Both the position numbers and the translations under genes were made by a program. This document shows positions 39,769-50,673 of a stretch of 64,000 bases of DNA, one piece after another; the first letter of the stretch is position 1, and each line of letters opens with the position of its first letter. The notes beneath the pieces are model-generated. The model saw only the letters and a list, made by a program, of their open reading frames with translations, searched no databases and was not told the origin of the DNA. Origin of the DNA: an uncultured delta proteobacterium (GTDB lineage: Bacteria > Desulfobacterota > Binatia > JACPRU01); the NCBI GenBank assembly GCA_963745025.1, contig CAVUWD010000016.1, forward strand, positions 704,001-768,000, written 5' to 3'.

Positions 39769-40697
39769 CGCGCTTTCCCCAAGAGCTCTCCGCAGCGGCA
39801 TCCGCCGCTACGGGCCCATTCGGCGGCCGGGCGCTCCGCTTCGCCCTCGACCTGGACGCGCTCCAGACGAAGCGCCCCGACCCCGGCTCCCACGTAAACC
39901 GCCTGCTCGCCGCCAACGTCGACTTCTCCCGCTCGGAGACGCCGCGGCGCCTCCACCGGACACGCCCACCAGACGAACAGGCGCCGCCCGCCCTGCCACG
40001 TGAACGCCCCGGGATAGGGGTGCGTCACGGCGCGCACCAAGTCGTAGACCCGTCGCGCCGGCCGGCTCCAGTCGATCTCGCCATCGTCGGGCGTGCGCCC
40101 GCCGAAATAGCTCGCCTGAGCGTGATCCTGCGGGATCCGTGGCGCGCGCCCCGCGGCAAGCAGCGGATACGTCTCGCGGATCAGCTGTCGGGCCGCCTCG
40201 GTCGCTTTGCGGTGCAGGTCGAGCGCCGTGTCGTCGTCGGCGATCGGAATCCGCCGCTGGGCGACGATGTCGCCCCGGTCCGCCTTCTCCACCATGTAGT
40301 GAAGCGTCACGCCGGTTTCGGTCTCTCCTTCCACGAGCACCCAATTGATCGGCGATCGGCCACGAAACTTCGGCAGCAGCGACGGGTGCAGATTGAGCGC
40401 GCCGTGGCGGGGACAATCGAGGAGCTCACGCTTGAGCATCTGACGGAACATCGCGGAAAACACGAAATCGGGGCCGATCTCGCGCACGCGCGCGACCACT
40501 TGCGGGTCGTTGACGTCTGCAGGCGCGATGACCGGAATCCCGTGACGCTCGGCGAGAGACCGCACCGAGCGAAACCAGATCGCTTCGCCCGGCCGATCGT
40601 CGTGGGTGATCACCAGCGCGAGTTCGTCCCCGCTGGCGATCAGCTCCTCGAGACAGACCGCCCCGATGTCGTGGTAGGCGAGCAGTACGTTACGCAA
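39765..40697 (-). CDS. Formyltransferase (ArnA N-terminal-like)
   Basis: AYHDIG..CL, NLHPSLLPKFRGRSPINW, YFGGRTPDDG, RAVTHPYPGA; TTG start. Confidence 0.85.
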   Translation of the reverse strand: MRNVLLAYHDIGAVCLEELIASGDELALVITHDDRPGEAIWFRSVRSLAERHGIPVIAPADVNDPQVVARVREIGPDFVFSAMFRQMLKRELLDCPRHGALNLHPSLLPKFRGRSPINWVLVEGETETGVTLHYMVEKADRGDIVAQRRIPIADDDTALDLHRKATEAARQLIRETYPLLAAGRAPRIPQDHAQASYFGGRTPDDGEIDWSRPARRVYDLVRAVTHPYPGAFTWQGGRRLFVWWACPVEAPRRLRAGEVDVGGEQAVYVGAGVGALRLERVQVEGEAERPAAEWARSGGCRCGELLGKAR

Positions 40698-40720
40698 GGT
40701 TCGACTTCGAGATCGGGTTC

Positions 40721-41692
40721 CTATTCGGATCGCCGCCGGATCGACTCGATCACGAAGAGCGGCCGACGGCGGACTTCGTTGTAGATGCGGGCGACGTACT
40801 CGCCGACGACTCCGATCGCCACGAACAACGCGCCGACGAACAGGAAGAGGATCGCAAAGAGCGTGAAGACGCCCTCGACCTCCGGTCCGACGAACAGCCG
40901 GCGCAGGAACAGGAAGAGTCCGAAGGACAGTCCCGCGAGCGCCGTGAAGATGCCGAACAGCGTGACGAACTGGACGGGCAACACGGAGAAGCCGGTCAGG
41001 AAGTCGAAGCCGAGCCGCATCAGCCGCAGCATGTTGTAGCGCGAGCGGCCGAACACTCGCTCCTCGTGCGCCACCGGCACCTCGGCCACACGCTTGGTGA
41101 ACCGGGCCGCCAGCGCGGGGATGAACAGCGAGTACTCTCGCCAGCGAAGCACGCGCTGGACGATCTCCCGCCGATAGGCGCGCAGCATACAACCGTAGTC
41201 CATCGCCGCCGGCCCGCCGCGCGCCGACAGCGCGCGGATCATGCGCGAGGCCGCGAGCCGAGACCACGAATCCTTGCGGCGCTGCCGCACGCCGCCCACC
41301 ACGTCGTAGCCTTCGGCGAGCTTGGCGAGCAGCTTGGGAATCTCCTCGGGTGGATTCTGCAGGTCGGCGTCGAGCGTCACCACGGCTTTGCCGCGCGAGA
41401 CCTGGAAGCCCGCGAGGACCGCGCCATGCTGCCCGGCGTTATAAGCGAGCTCGACGAGGATCAAGTCGGGGTCGTCACGGCCGAGATCCTCGAGCACCGC
41501 GCGCGAGGTATCCGTCGAGCCGTCGTCGACGTAGACGATCTCGAAGGGTTGCCCGAGGGGCTCGAGCACCGCACGGAGCCGGCGGTGGAGCTCCCGCAGG
41601 CTCGCTTCTTCGTTATAGACGGGGATGACGACGCTCACCGCTACTTCGCGGCGCAGCGGACGCTTCGACTCTGAGGTCGCGGGTAGTGCCAT
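40721..41692 (-). CDS. arnC: ArnC-like GT2 undecaprenyl-phosphate glycosyltransferase
   Basis: VIPVYNEE, VDDGSTD, LDADLQNPPEEI, DYGCMLRAY, GEYVARIY. Confidence 0.8.
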   Translation of the reverse strand: MALPATSESKRPLRREVAVSVVIPVYNEEASLRELHRRLRAVLEPLGQPFEIVYVDDGSTDTSRAVLEDLGRDDPDLILVELAYNAGQHGAVLAGFQVSRGKAVVTLDADLQNPPEEIPKLLAKLAEGYDVVGGVRQRRKDSWSRLAASRMIRALSARGGPAAMDYGCMLRAYRREIVQRVLRWREYSLFIPALAARFTKRVAEVPVAHEERVFGRSRYNMLRLMRLGFDFLTGFSVLPVQFVTLFGIFTALAGLSFGLFLFLRRLFVGPEVEGVFTLFAILFLFVGALFVAIGVVGEYVARIYNEVRRRPLFVIESIRRRSE

Positions 41693-41780
41693 CGCGGCAG
41701 GAAATCCCCCCCTGATAACCTTTCGCCCGAGGACGGTCAAACCGGGGAGGCTCGCCGGAGGTCGACGGTCTGTCCTCCGC

Positions 41781-41914
41781 GTGACAGAGGAAGAGCGCGG
41801 TTCTACGTCTTTACCGACAGCGGCGCCAAGCGCGAGCGCGAGCTCCGCGAGGTCTTCGGCGACGTGCGCTTGATCGCCACGAATTACGTCGCCGCCGTGT
41901 GGATGCGGCGCTGA
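41781..41914 (+). pseudogene. Probable deletion remnant of a gene divergent from arnC
   Basis: GTG-TEEER followed out of frame by GC3-rich FYVFTDSGAKRERELREVFGDVRLIATNYVAAVWMRR-stop. Confidence 0.35.
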
Positions 41915-43086
41915 TCGCCGCCGCTCCAGGTGTGCACCCATGGCAGGAGAAGGTACGCGGGGAAGGACAGGAAGAAAGTGAACACGAAGTACGAAGCATA
42001 GCCGAGCCGAACCGCGCCGAAGCCGCTCGCCGCTCCCGCGAGCGATCGCGTCAAGCCGAACAACGCCGAGAGCAGTGCGTACTGCGTGGCGGCCTGCTCC
42101 TTGTCGCAAGCCCGCATCAGGAAGGCCAGGAACGCAGCGGTTCCGAGCCCTCCCGTGAAGCTCTCCAGCGCAGAGGCGGCATAGATGCCGACCCGTCCGG
42201 ATCCACTCGCGGCCACCGCGGCGTACCCGAGATTGGAAAAGGCCTGAGCGAGGCCGAGCATCCACAGGCTCGGAAAGATGCCGACGCGAGAGGTGAAGGC
42301 GCCGCCGCAAAGCGCGCCGGCGACGCTCAGCGCGACGCCGAGGGTAGTGGAGATCAAGCCGATTTCGGCGACGCTCAGGCCGCGATCGACCCAGAATGGC
42401 TTGACCATCGGCCCCATGCTGGCGTCGCCGAGCTTGTAGGTGAGAACGAAGAGAAACACCCACGCCGCTCCGGGACGCGAAAGCCACGCGCGGAAGCTCG
42501 GCAGCCATCGCGGTCGCGGCCCCGCCTCCACGGTGATCGAGGGCGCGCGGGAGGCAACCGCCGCGAGCAGGCCGAAGACTCCTGCGGCGGTTGCGAACAC
42601 GGCGGGCCAGCCGGCGTAGCCGGCGATCGCGACCAGGCCGCCGCCGGCGACGATGAGAGCCGCGCGGTAGGCCGACACGCGGATCCCGTTCGCGACCCCC
42701 TCTTCCCCCGGGTCGACGAGACCGATCGTGTAGGCGTCGATGGCGATGTCCTGCGTCGCTGAAGCGACGGTGAGCGCGAACAGTAGCGCCCAGAGGGCTC
42801 GGCTCGGAGCGCTCGCGTCGAAAACCGGCAAGGCCGCGACGAGCACGCACATCGCCAGCAGCGCGGTGGCGATCCAGCGCCGCGTGTGGCCGAGGCGGTC
42901 GACGAGCGGCGCCCAGAGGACTTTCAGAGTCCACGGCAGGCCGAGCAGGCTCATCAGCCCGATGTCCTCCCGCGACACGCCGTGCAGGCGGAAGTAGACC
43001 GGCAAGTTGTCGATGACGATCCCGAAGGGAAAGCCTTCGGCGAAGTAGAGAATCGCCACCCAGATGAGCTTGCGGCGAAGCGGCAT
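41884..43086 (-). CDS. ampG: AmpG-family MFS permease
   Basis: LYFAEGFPFG, PWTLKVLWAPLVD, SATQDIAIDAY, ATQYALLS. Confidence 0.8.
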   Translation of the reverse strand: MPLRRKLIWVAILYFAEGFPFGIVIDNLPVYFRLHGVSREDIGLMSLLGLPWTLKVLWAPLVDRLGHTRRWIATALLAMCVLVAALPVFDASAPSRALWALLFALTVASATQDIAIDAYTIGLVDPGEEGVANGIRVSAYRAALIVAGGGLVAIAGYAGWPAVFATAAGVFGLLAAVASRAPSITVEAGPRPRWLPSFRAWLSRPGAAWVFLFVLTYKLGDASMGPMVKPFWVDRGLSVAEIGLISTTLGVALSVAGALCGGAFTSRVGIFPSLWMLGLAQAFSNLGYAAVAASGSGRVGIYAASALESFTGGLGTAAFLAFLMRACDKEQAATQYALLSALFGLTRSLAGAASGFGAVRLGYASYFVFTFFLSFPAYLLLPWVHTWSGGDQRRIHTAAT

Positions 43087-44508
43087 CAGGACGATCGGCG
43101 AACGGCTTTCCGCCTTCGGCCCTGAGCTCTTGGCGTCGGAGAGCGTTTGCCGAACGGCGCAGGCCGAGACCCGATGCCGGTCCTCGGCCGCGCGCGCAGC
43201 ACGAGCCGCAGGGGCGTCCCCTCGAGTGGAAACGACGCGCGCAAGCGATGCTCGAGGTAACGAAGATAGGCGGTGGTCACGTGATCGGGATGATTGACGA
43301 AGAGCGCGATCGTCGGGGGAGCGTGGCCGAGCGCCGTCGCATAGTAGAAACGCGCCCGCTTCCCCTGATGGATCGGCGGCTCCACGGCCGCTGCGGCTTC
43401 GCCGAGCACCTCGTTCAGCCGATGCGTCGGCAACCGCAGGCGATGCGCCTCGCCGACGCGGCGCGCCGCGGGAAGCAGCTCCTCGAGGTGCTCTCCCCGC
43501 AGCGCCGACACCACCACGGCCGGGACGTGCTCGAGGTGCGGGTACAGCCGCCGCGCTTCGGCGACAAACGTGCGCGGATCACGAGTTCTCGGCGGAGCCG
43601 TGTCCCACTTGTTGGCGACGAGAACGAGCCCCCGCCCCCGCTCCCAGACCAGACGCGCGAGGCGTGCGTCCTGCTCGGTGATACCTTCGCCGGCATCGAC
43701 GACGAGCAGTGCTACGTCGGCGCGGTCGAGGGAGCGGAGCGCCGAGGCGACGGTCGCCTTCTCGAGACGGAGCGCGATGCGGCTCCGCCGCCGAATTCCG
43801 GCCGTATCGACGAGGAGTACCTTCTCGCCGTTCACACGGAGCAGCGTGTCGATGGGATCGCGAGTGGTCCCCGCCGCGCTGTCCACTAGCGCTCGCTCCT
43901 CCCCGACGAGACGGTTCAAGATCGAGGACTTGCCGACGTTTGGCCGGCCGACGAGAGCGATGCGCAGAACCGGGCGCTCCTCCACCGCCGCCACCGCGGG
44001 CAAGTGCTCGGCGATCGTGTCGAGAAGCTCGTCGATGCCTCGTCCGTGCTCGGCCGAGACGGGCTGTGGATCGCCGAGACCGAGGCGAAAGAACTCGAAG
44101 GCGAGCTCCGCCTGCTTCGGCCCGTCGATCTTGTTGACCACGCAGACGACCGGCTTGCCGCTCTCGGCGAGCAGCCGCGCGACCTCCACATCGGCAGGCG
44201 ACACGCCCGCGCGGCCGTCGACGACGAACACGACGACGCGAGCCTCTGCGACGGCGCGCAGGCTCTGCTCGCGTACGCGGCGCTGAAGCTCCGCCTCGCT
44301 TTCGACCTCGAAGCCGCCGGTGTCGATCACGGTGAACTCCCGCCCGGCCCATTCCGCGTTCGCGATCAGCCGGTCGCGGGTCACCCCGGGCTCGTCGTCC
44401 ACGAGCGCCTGCCGGCGTCCGATGATGCGGTTGAAGAGCGTCGACTTGCCGACGTTCGGCCGGCCGACGATGGCGACCGCCGGGAGCGCTGCGCCGGCGC
44501 TCGCTCAC
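43086..44508 (-). CDS. der: Ribosome biogenesis GTPase Der
   Basis: Two GRPNVGKS G-domains, PGVTRD, DTAG; start region apparently frameshifted. Confidence 0.92.
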
Positions 44509-45425
44509 AGCCCGAGCTCGTCGAGGATCCGCGGGCTCTTGGTCCAGTCGCGACGGACCTTGACGAAGAGCTCGAGGTAGAACCGCTTGCCGAAGAAGCG
44601 CTCGAGCTCCTGGCGCGCGCACGCGCCGATTTCGCGGATCATCGACCCCGCCGAGCCGATCAGGATCCGCTTCTGGGAGTCACGCTCGACGAGGATCGCC
44701 GCCGACACCACGTTCACGCCGGGCTTCTCCTCGAAGCGCTCGACGAGAACGGCGGTCTTGTAAGGAATCTCGCCGGCGGTGGCGGCAAAGATCTGCTCGC
44801 GGACGAACTCCTGGACGAGCGCCCGGCTGCTTTGATCGGTGAGCTCGTCTTCGGGATACAGAGCCGGCCCGAGCGGCAAACGCTCGGCGACCGCGCGCTC
44901 CAGTGCGGCGAGATTCTTTCCCGTCACTGCGCTGACGGGCACCAGATCGACGTCAGGAAGGGCCTTGCCGATGCCATCGAGGAGAGGGATCAGCACCGCG
45001 TCGGCCACGAGATCGAGCTTGTTGACCGCCACGAGCCACGGCCGCCGGCTCTCGACGACGCATTCGATCGCCTCGCGGTCCGGCGGGAGAAAGCCCTGAG
45101 CGGCGTCGATCACCACCACGACGACGTCGGCTTCGGCGATGGAGCGCGCGGCGGCATCCACCATGCGCCGGTTGAGAAGGCTCCGCGCCCGGTGGATGCC
45201 CGGCGTGTCGACCCAGATCATCTGCGCCCCGGGGAGCGTACGGATTCCGAGGATTCGCGAGCGAGTGGTCTGAGGCCGTCGGCTGGTGATCGCCACCTTG
45301 GCCCCGAGCAGACGATTGAGCAACGTCGACTTGCCGACGTTGGAGCGGCCGGCAAGCGCCACGGTCCCGCAACGTGTTTCACTTACCGAGCGCGAATCGT
45401 CTGTAATCGATGGCTCTTCCGTCAT
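44505..45425 (-). CDS. era: GTPase Era
   Basis: GRSNVGKST, PQTTR, DTPG, NKLD, C-terminal KH domain. Confidence 0.93.
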   Translation of the reverse strand: MTEEPSITDDSRSVSETRCGTVALAGRSNVGKSTLLNRLLGAKVAITSRRPQTTRSRILGIRTLPGAQMIWVDTPGIHRARSLLNRRMVDAAARSIAEADVVVVVIDAAQGFLPPDREAIECVVESRRPWLVAVNKLDLVADAVLIPLLDGIGKALPDVDLVPVSAVTGKNLAALERAVAERLPLGPALYPEDELTDQSSRALVQEFVREQIFAATAGEIPYKTAVLVERFEEKPGVNVVSAAILVERDSQKRILIGSAGSMIREIGACARQELERFFGKRFYLELFVKVRRDWTKSPRILDELGL

Positions 45426-45695
45426 GCAAAAATTCGCGTCGTTCTCGGTCGCTGACCGCCCTCATCGCCTTGGTGCTTTGGCCATCGCCCGCGGGCGCCG
45501 AGAACATTTTCAACCGAGCTGCCGCGGCCGTCGGCGGCTTCGCCGAGCGGTCTGCTGGCTCTCTCTGCCGAAACTCGCTCGATCCGTACCGCGCCGCCGC
45601 AGCGCAAACATACGCGACGGGTGACCGTTTCACAATCGACCCCGCGCCAAGCGGCGGAGGGCAAAAGACGACCGGGACGAGATCCTCCGTCCCGC

Positions 45696-46898
45696 TCATT
45701 TCTCGACGCGGACGGCGCGGCCTTCGCGAAGCTCGCCCTCCGGACCGACGACGAGCAGCTCGCCCCCTTCGAGCCCGCGACTGACCGGAATCTCGTCCCC
45801 AACGTCGGTTGCGACCTCGACCGCCTTCCGCACCAGGCGATCGCGTACCACGCTCCAGACGTAGTGGCCATCCGGGCCGCGGCGGACCGCCGCCCGTGGT
45901 ACGACCACCGAGGGTTTGCCTTCGACCGCGCCGCTCGACGGCGCAGCGAGGAACGTCACGCGGACGCTCATGTCGGGCAGTAGCGTGGAATCGGGTTCGG
46001 CGATCCGCACCTCCACTTTCAGCGTCCCCTTTTGCCGATTCACCTGCGGGTAGAGCTTCACGACCTTCGCGCGGAACCGCTCCTGCGGATACGCATCCGG
46101 AACCACCTCGGCCTCCTGACCGAGGCGAACGTTGGCGAGATCCGCCTCGCTGACGTCGACTTCGGCGCGCAGCTCGGAGAGGTCGGCGAGACGCAGGAGA
46201 TCGCCGGAACCTGCGAACCCGCCGGGTACGGCGATCTCGCCGACGCCCCTCAGCTTGGCGAGCACCACGCCCCGCACCGGCGACCGTAGCTTGGTATCGT
46301 CGAGGTTGGTGCGCGCCTGGGTGAGCTCATTCTCCGCCTGCGCCACGCTGGCGGCCGCGACGTCGGCGCGACTTTCCGCTTGATCGAGCTCCTGATGCGA
46401 GACCACCCCTTGCTGGAAGAGCGTGCGCATGCGCGCGCGATCGGCTTCGGCGAGCCGCCGGTTGGCCTGCGCAAGCCGGAGCGTCGCCTCTGCCCGCCCG
46501 ACCTGCGCTCGATAGTCCCGGTCGTCCAGCTGCACGAGCAACTGTCCCGGCTCCACGTGGTCGCCTTCGTCCACCAAAAAACGATCGATGCGGCCCGGCA
46601 CGCGGACGCCGATCGCGATGTACTTTTCGGCCGTGATCAAATAGCCGGCGCCGGAGAGCACCGCTCCGGCGGTCGCCTGCCTCCCTTGCGCCACCCGCGC
46701 GTGGACACCTTGCACCCGCAGCGGAGCACCGAAGGACCAACGGTAGGCCACGTAGGCGACGAGCGCGACGATGATCCCGGCGCTGACGAGCCGCCCGGCC
46801 CGCCACCTCCCCCGCGGCGGTGACGGCGCCGCCGGCTCGACCGCCGCCCGCTCGATGCGGAGCGAGCGCAGCTGCTCCTTCAGGTTCTCGCTCGCCAT
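45696..46898 (-). CDS. Efflux periplasmic adaptor (MacA-like)
   Basis: N-terminal TM, lipoyl halves, EVDVSEAD, DAYP, PDMS. Confidence 0.87.
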   Translation of the reverse strand: MASENLKEQLRSLRIERAAVEPAAPSPPRGRWRAGRLVSAGIIVALVAYVAYRWSFGAPLRVQGVHARVAQGRQATAGAVLSGAGYLITAEKYIAIGVRVPGRIDRFLVDEGDHVEPGQLLVQLDDRDYRAQVGRAEATLRLAQANRRLAEADRARMRTLFQQGVVSHQELDQAESRADVAAASVAQAENELTQARTNLDDTKLRSPVRGVVLAKLRGVGEIAVPGGFAGSGDLLRLADLSELRAEVDVSEADLANVRLGQEAEVVPDAYPQERFRAKVVKLYPQVNRQKGTLKVEVRIAEPDSTLLPDMSVRVTFLAAPSSGAVEGKPSVVVPRAAVRRGPDGHYVWSVVRDRLVRKAVEVATDVGDEIPVSRGLEGGELLVVGPEGELREGRAVRVEK

Positions 46899-46900
46899 CG

Positions 46901-48079
46901 TCAACGCCGGCGTAGCGCCTCGACCGGTGAGAGCCTCGCGGCGTGCCGCGCCGGCAGGAATCCGCCCGCCAGGCCGAGCAGGGTGGCGAGCAGCAACACC
47001 TGGAGCGCGCTCGTCGCGGAGACCCGCAGGTCCACCGTTGCGGTCGTGAACGTCATGAGATTGATCGCCACACCCTTCATGATGGCATTGATGCCGAGCG
47101 TGGTGGCGATCGCCATCAGCACCCCTACGGCGAATCCCGCAAGGGCAATCGCCAGCGCCTCGGTGACGAACGAGATGAGGATCGAGCGGCGCGAAAAGCC
47201 GAGCGCGCGCAGGGTGCCGATCTCCGCCGTACGGCTCTTCACCGCCGCGAACATCGTGTTCATCGCTCCGAAGCTCGCGCCGATGCCCATGATCAAGCCG
47301 AGGGCGAGGGTCAGCCGAAAGAGGAAGTTCGCCGAATCGGCCTGCTCGCGGTAGTAATCGATCTCGGGCTTCGCCTCGAGGGTCCAGCGGGGGTCGGCGG
47401 CGACGCGCCGAACGAGGACCTGCGGATCGCTCCCGGGAGCGACCTTCACGCGCAGGCCGTTGTAGATCGACCGGTTCGCATCGTTCCAGAGATCGTTGAC
47501 GTCGACCCAGACCTCGCTCTCGAACGAAGAGCCGCCCGCCTCCAGGATCCCGACGACCTTCCAGACGCGGCGGCCGAAGTGCACCTCGCCGCCGAGCCGA
47601 ACCGCATAGCGAGCCGCCACGGCGCGGCCGACTGCCGCCTCGCCGGAGCTCGAGCGAGGCGCGCGGCCCTCGACGACGTGCACGTTGCGATGCACCGCAA
47701 ACGCGACCGGCCGGACGCCGCGCACGAGCACGTTCTCCCGGCCTCCATCCGGTCGATAAAAGAAGGGCTGGATCACCATCTCGGGCGAAACCAAGGGCTC
47801 GCCGTCGGCGCCGCTGGCAATGCCGGGGAAATACGCCACCGCTCGGTAGGCCTCGATCGGCAGCATGCTCGAGCCGTCGTTGGTCGCCCCCTTGCGAATG
47901 ATGATCAGGTTATCGGCCTCGCCGGTCGCGACGAGCGTCCGCTGGATCCCCGAGACGAGCGACAGCATCACCGTCACCGCGAGCACGACGAGTGCCATCA
48001 CCACCACCGTGAGTAGCGCGCGGGTGCGGCGCTGGAAGACGCTCCGTAGCGAATAGGAGAGCGGAATCGCACGGCTCAT
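46901..48079 (-). CDS. ABC permease (MacB/FtsX-like)
   Basis: AMNTMFAAV..RTAEIGTLRALGF; GGFLPARHAARL. Confidence 0.88.
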   Translation of the reverse strand: MSRAIPLSYSLRSVFQRRTRALLTVVVMALVVLAVTVMLSLVSGIQRTLVATGEADNLIIIRKGATNDGSSMLPIEAYRAVAYFPGIASGADGEPLVSPEMVIQPFFYRPDGGRENVLVRGVRPVAFAVHRNVHVVEGRAPRSSSGEAAVGRAVAARYAVRLGGEVHFGRRVWKVVGILEAGGSSFESEVWVDVNDLWNDANRSIYNGLRVKVAPGSDPQVLVRRVAADPRWTLEAKPEIDYYREQADSANFLFRLTLALGLIMGIGASFGAMNTMFAAVKSRTAEIGTLRALGFSRRSILISFVTEALAIALAGFAVGVLMAIATTLGINAIMKGVAINLMTFTTATVDLRVSATSALQVLLLATLLGLAGGFLPARHAARLSPVEALRRR

Positions 48080-48084
48080 GTTGC

Positions 48085-49257
48085 TCAGAAGACCTCCCGC
48101 AATGCTTCCGCCACCGGCTTCCGCGCCGCTCCCCACGACGGGACGACTCCCGCCACCACGCCGACGAAGAGCGAGAGCAGGATCCCCTCGAGCACGTGCC
48201 ACGGCGTCACCAGGAACATCGAAAGAGGACCGAGACCCGGCTGCGCGCCCGTCGCCCCGAGTGCCGCGAGCAACTTGAGGACTCCATACGCGGCGACTGC
48301 GCCGATTACGCCGCTGCCGAGCGCGAGCGTCAGCGTCTCGGTGAGGAGGAGGCCGAGGATGGCGAAGCGGCGAAAACCGAGCGCCTTCAGAATCGCGATC
48401 TCGGAGGCGCGCTCGCGGATCGCCATCGAGCACGTGTTGGCGGTGATGACCACGACCGCGGCGACGACGAGGAAGCCGACGGCGAGGATGACGTTCGAGA
48501 GGCCGGAGAGCGAGCTCATGAAGCTTTCGAAGAACGACTTCTCGGTCTCGCTCGCTGTCTCGGCGTCGCTGTTGCGGAAGAGGTCGTCGATTCGGCGCAT
48601 GACGGTCCCGACGTTTGCGGGGTCGTCGACCCGAACCCAGATCATGCCCGCAAAGTCCGCGGAGAGCCCTTTGGCGCGCAGCGCCTCCTCCATGTAGGTG
48701 CGTGAGAACAGGAACCACATCGGATTGCCGTGCGGCTCGGGCAACACTCCGACGATCCGGAAATCGAGATCGACCGGCCAGATCGTGCTGCGCAGCGTCA
48801 CGCGATCGCCGACCTTCCAACGGAACTTGCGCATGGTCTGGTAGCCCACCAGCGCGCCGTCACGGTAGCGGCGGAAATCGGCGATCGCCTGCGGATCGAT
48901 CTGGAACTCGGCCCAGATGTCGCCGACGGCGTCCGCGTCGACGGCGAAGTTCGGGAACAGGTTCTTCGGTTCGTCGTAGACGCCTCCGAACCAGTTGAAC
49001 GAGGTCGCAGCCGTCACGCCCGGCACCGCGCGGACCTTCTGCAGGTAGCTGTACGGCATCATGTAGCTGAGCCCCGCCTTGTTGTGCACCAGCACGCGGC
49101 TTCCCGAGGTCACGCGCTCGACGAGCGCGGCGAGGCCGCTCGGCAGCGTCAACACGGCGCAGGCGAGGAAGATCGACAGCATGATCGACGCCGCGGTGAG
49201 CACCGTGCGTAGGCGACCGCGGCGGAAGTTCCGCGACACCAGCGTCCGATAGTTCAC
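48085..49257 (-). CDS. ABC permease (MacB/FtsX-like)
   Basis: [23 protein letters not shown]; GTG start. Confidence 0.88.
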   Translation of the reverse strand: MNYRTLVSRNFRRGRLRTVLTAASIMLSIFLACAVLTLPSGLAALVERVTSGSRVLVHNKAGLSYMMPYSYLQKVRAVPGVTAATSFNWFGGVYDEPKNLFPNFAVDADAVGDIWAEFQIDPQAIADFRRYRDGALVGYQTMRKFRWKVGDRVTLRSTIWPVDLDFRIVGVLPEPHGNPMWFLFSRTYMEEALRAKGLSADFAGMIWVRVDDPANVGTVMRRIDDLFRNSDAETASETEKSFFESFMSSLSGLSNVILAVGFLVVAAVVVITANTCSMAIRERASEIAILKALGFRRFAILGLLLTETLTLALGSGVIGAVAAYGVLKLLAALGATGAQPGLGPLSMFLVTPWHVLEGILLSLFVGVVAGVVPSWGAARKPVAEALREVF

Positions 49258-50001
49258 GGCTTCACCTTCGCGTGCCGACGCGCCGTGCCGAGCGCCTGCT
49301 CGAGTGTCTCGCTCGCCCGCAGCGCCTCGTCGCCCGCGAGCAGGCGTCCCTTGTCGAGGTGATGAACCTCGTCGACCCAGCGCAGCGCCCGCAGGTCGTG
49401 GGTCACCAGCACGATCGCCTTCTGAAACTCTCGATTGAGCTCCGAGAGCAGCGCCAGAACGGCATCGGCACTCTGCGCGTCGAGATCGCCGGTCGGCTCG
49501 TCGGCGACGATCAGGTCGGGGTCGGTGACGATCGCGCGAGCGATCGCCACTCGCTGCTGCTCCCCTCCCGAGAGCGTACCGGGGAGCTGATCGAAGCGCT
49601 CCTGGACGAGCCCGACGACCTCCAGCGCCACCTCCGCGCGCCGACGCCGCTCGGGGCCTCGCGAGGTCGGTCAGGAGCAGCGGCAGCTCCACGTTCTCGC
49701 GCGCCGAAAGCACCGGGATCAGGTTGTAGAACTGGAACACCAGCCCGACGTGCCGCGCGCGCCAGGCGGCGAGCTCGTCCTCCGAGAGGCCCGTCAAGCG
49801 CCGGCCGGCCACCTCTACTTCCCCCTCGTCGGGGCGATCGATGCCCGAGAGGAGGTTCAGCAGCGTGGACTTGCCGGAGCCCGATGGGCCCATGAGCGCC
49901 GCGAACCGGCCGTCGGGGATCGTCAAGGTCACGTGATCGAGCGCCCGTACGACGTCGGGTCCGCGCTGGAAATGCCGAGAGACGTTGAGCAGACGGATCA
50001 T
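49254..50001 (-). CDS. ABC ATP-binding protein (frameshift near 49650)
   Basis: [27 protein letters not shown]. Confidence 0.9.
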
Positions 50002-50053
50002 CGCAGAGCGATCATGCCACCACAGGACGAGTAGCGATAGGCGAGGATCTCCA

Positions 50054-50210
50054 CGCTGGGAATGCCTCAGTTTCACTGCGAGCGCTTCGGTCACCGGATA
50101 CCGCGCTCGGTTTCGATCGGCCCGTACTCGGGTCGACCGGAACCAAGCGCAACCGCGCGGAAGCGCGGAAAACAATGACCCACCGAATCGGTTTATTGAG
50201 CCCCAAAACC
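50054..50210 (+). repeat. MITE/REPIN-like hairpin element, copy D (partial)
   Basis: GGAATGCCTCAGT end motif, hairpin 50103-50150 with exact core at 50117-50136, start of the central hairpin. Confidence 0.7.
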
Positions 50211-50459
50211 TCAGCTGACCGGAAAAGTGCCGAAAGAACCTTCGCTACTGCGGTGGTCTTACGCCCTCGAAACAAACTGCGCCACAGTTGGATTTCATGC
50301 AGACCGGGGTATCGAACTGAGGTTTTTGGGTTGAGTCAGCGCTTCGCCGCTCTTCGTGTAGCCGAGCATCCTAGCGGCCAAGCCCGACCTACGCCGCCCT
50401 GTTGACCCTGGCGGCTGGCGCGGCATAGAGACTGCTCCGGAACAGAAAGGAGATCGTTC

Positions 50460-50663
50460 ATGGCCGAGGTGCGTATTCGGACACTCAAAGATGGCCCATA
50501 CGAGGTGAAGGGAGCCGTCCAGCTGGTCGACGCCGGCCGAGCCGACTTCAAGCTCACCGAAGACCCGATCTACCTGTGCCGCTGCGGCCACTCTGCGAAC
50601 AAGCCGTTCTGCGACGGGTCGCACAAGAACTCCGGGTTCAAGTCGGAAGAACCGGCCCGCTGA
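50460..50663 (+). CDS. CDGSH iron-sulfur domain protein
   Basis: LCRCGHSANKPFCDGSH; AAGGAG RBS. Confidence 0.92.
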   Translation: MAEVRIRTLKDGPYEVKGAVQLVDAGRADFKLTEDPIYLCRCGHSANKPFCDGSHKNSGFKSEEPAR

Positions 50664-50673
50664 AGCGAATCGG

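Noticed and set aside
45410-45784. Plus-strand ORF with a signal-peptide-like stretch between era and the adaptor gene
   Set aside because: It overlaps both neighbours, has no clean start and no recognisable family; it could be another remnant but I cannot support it.
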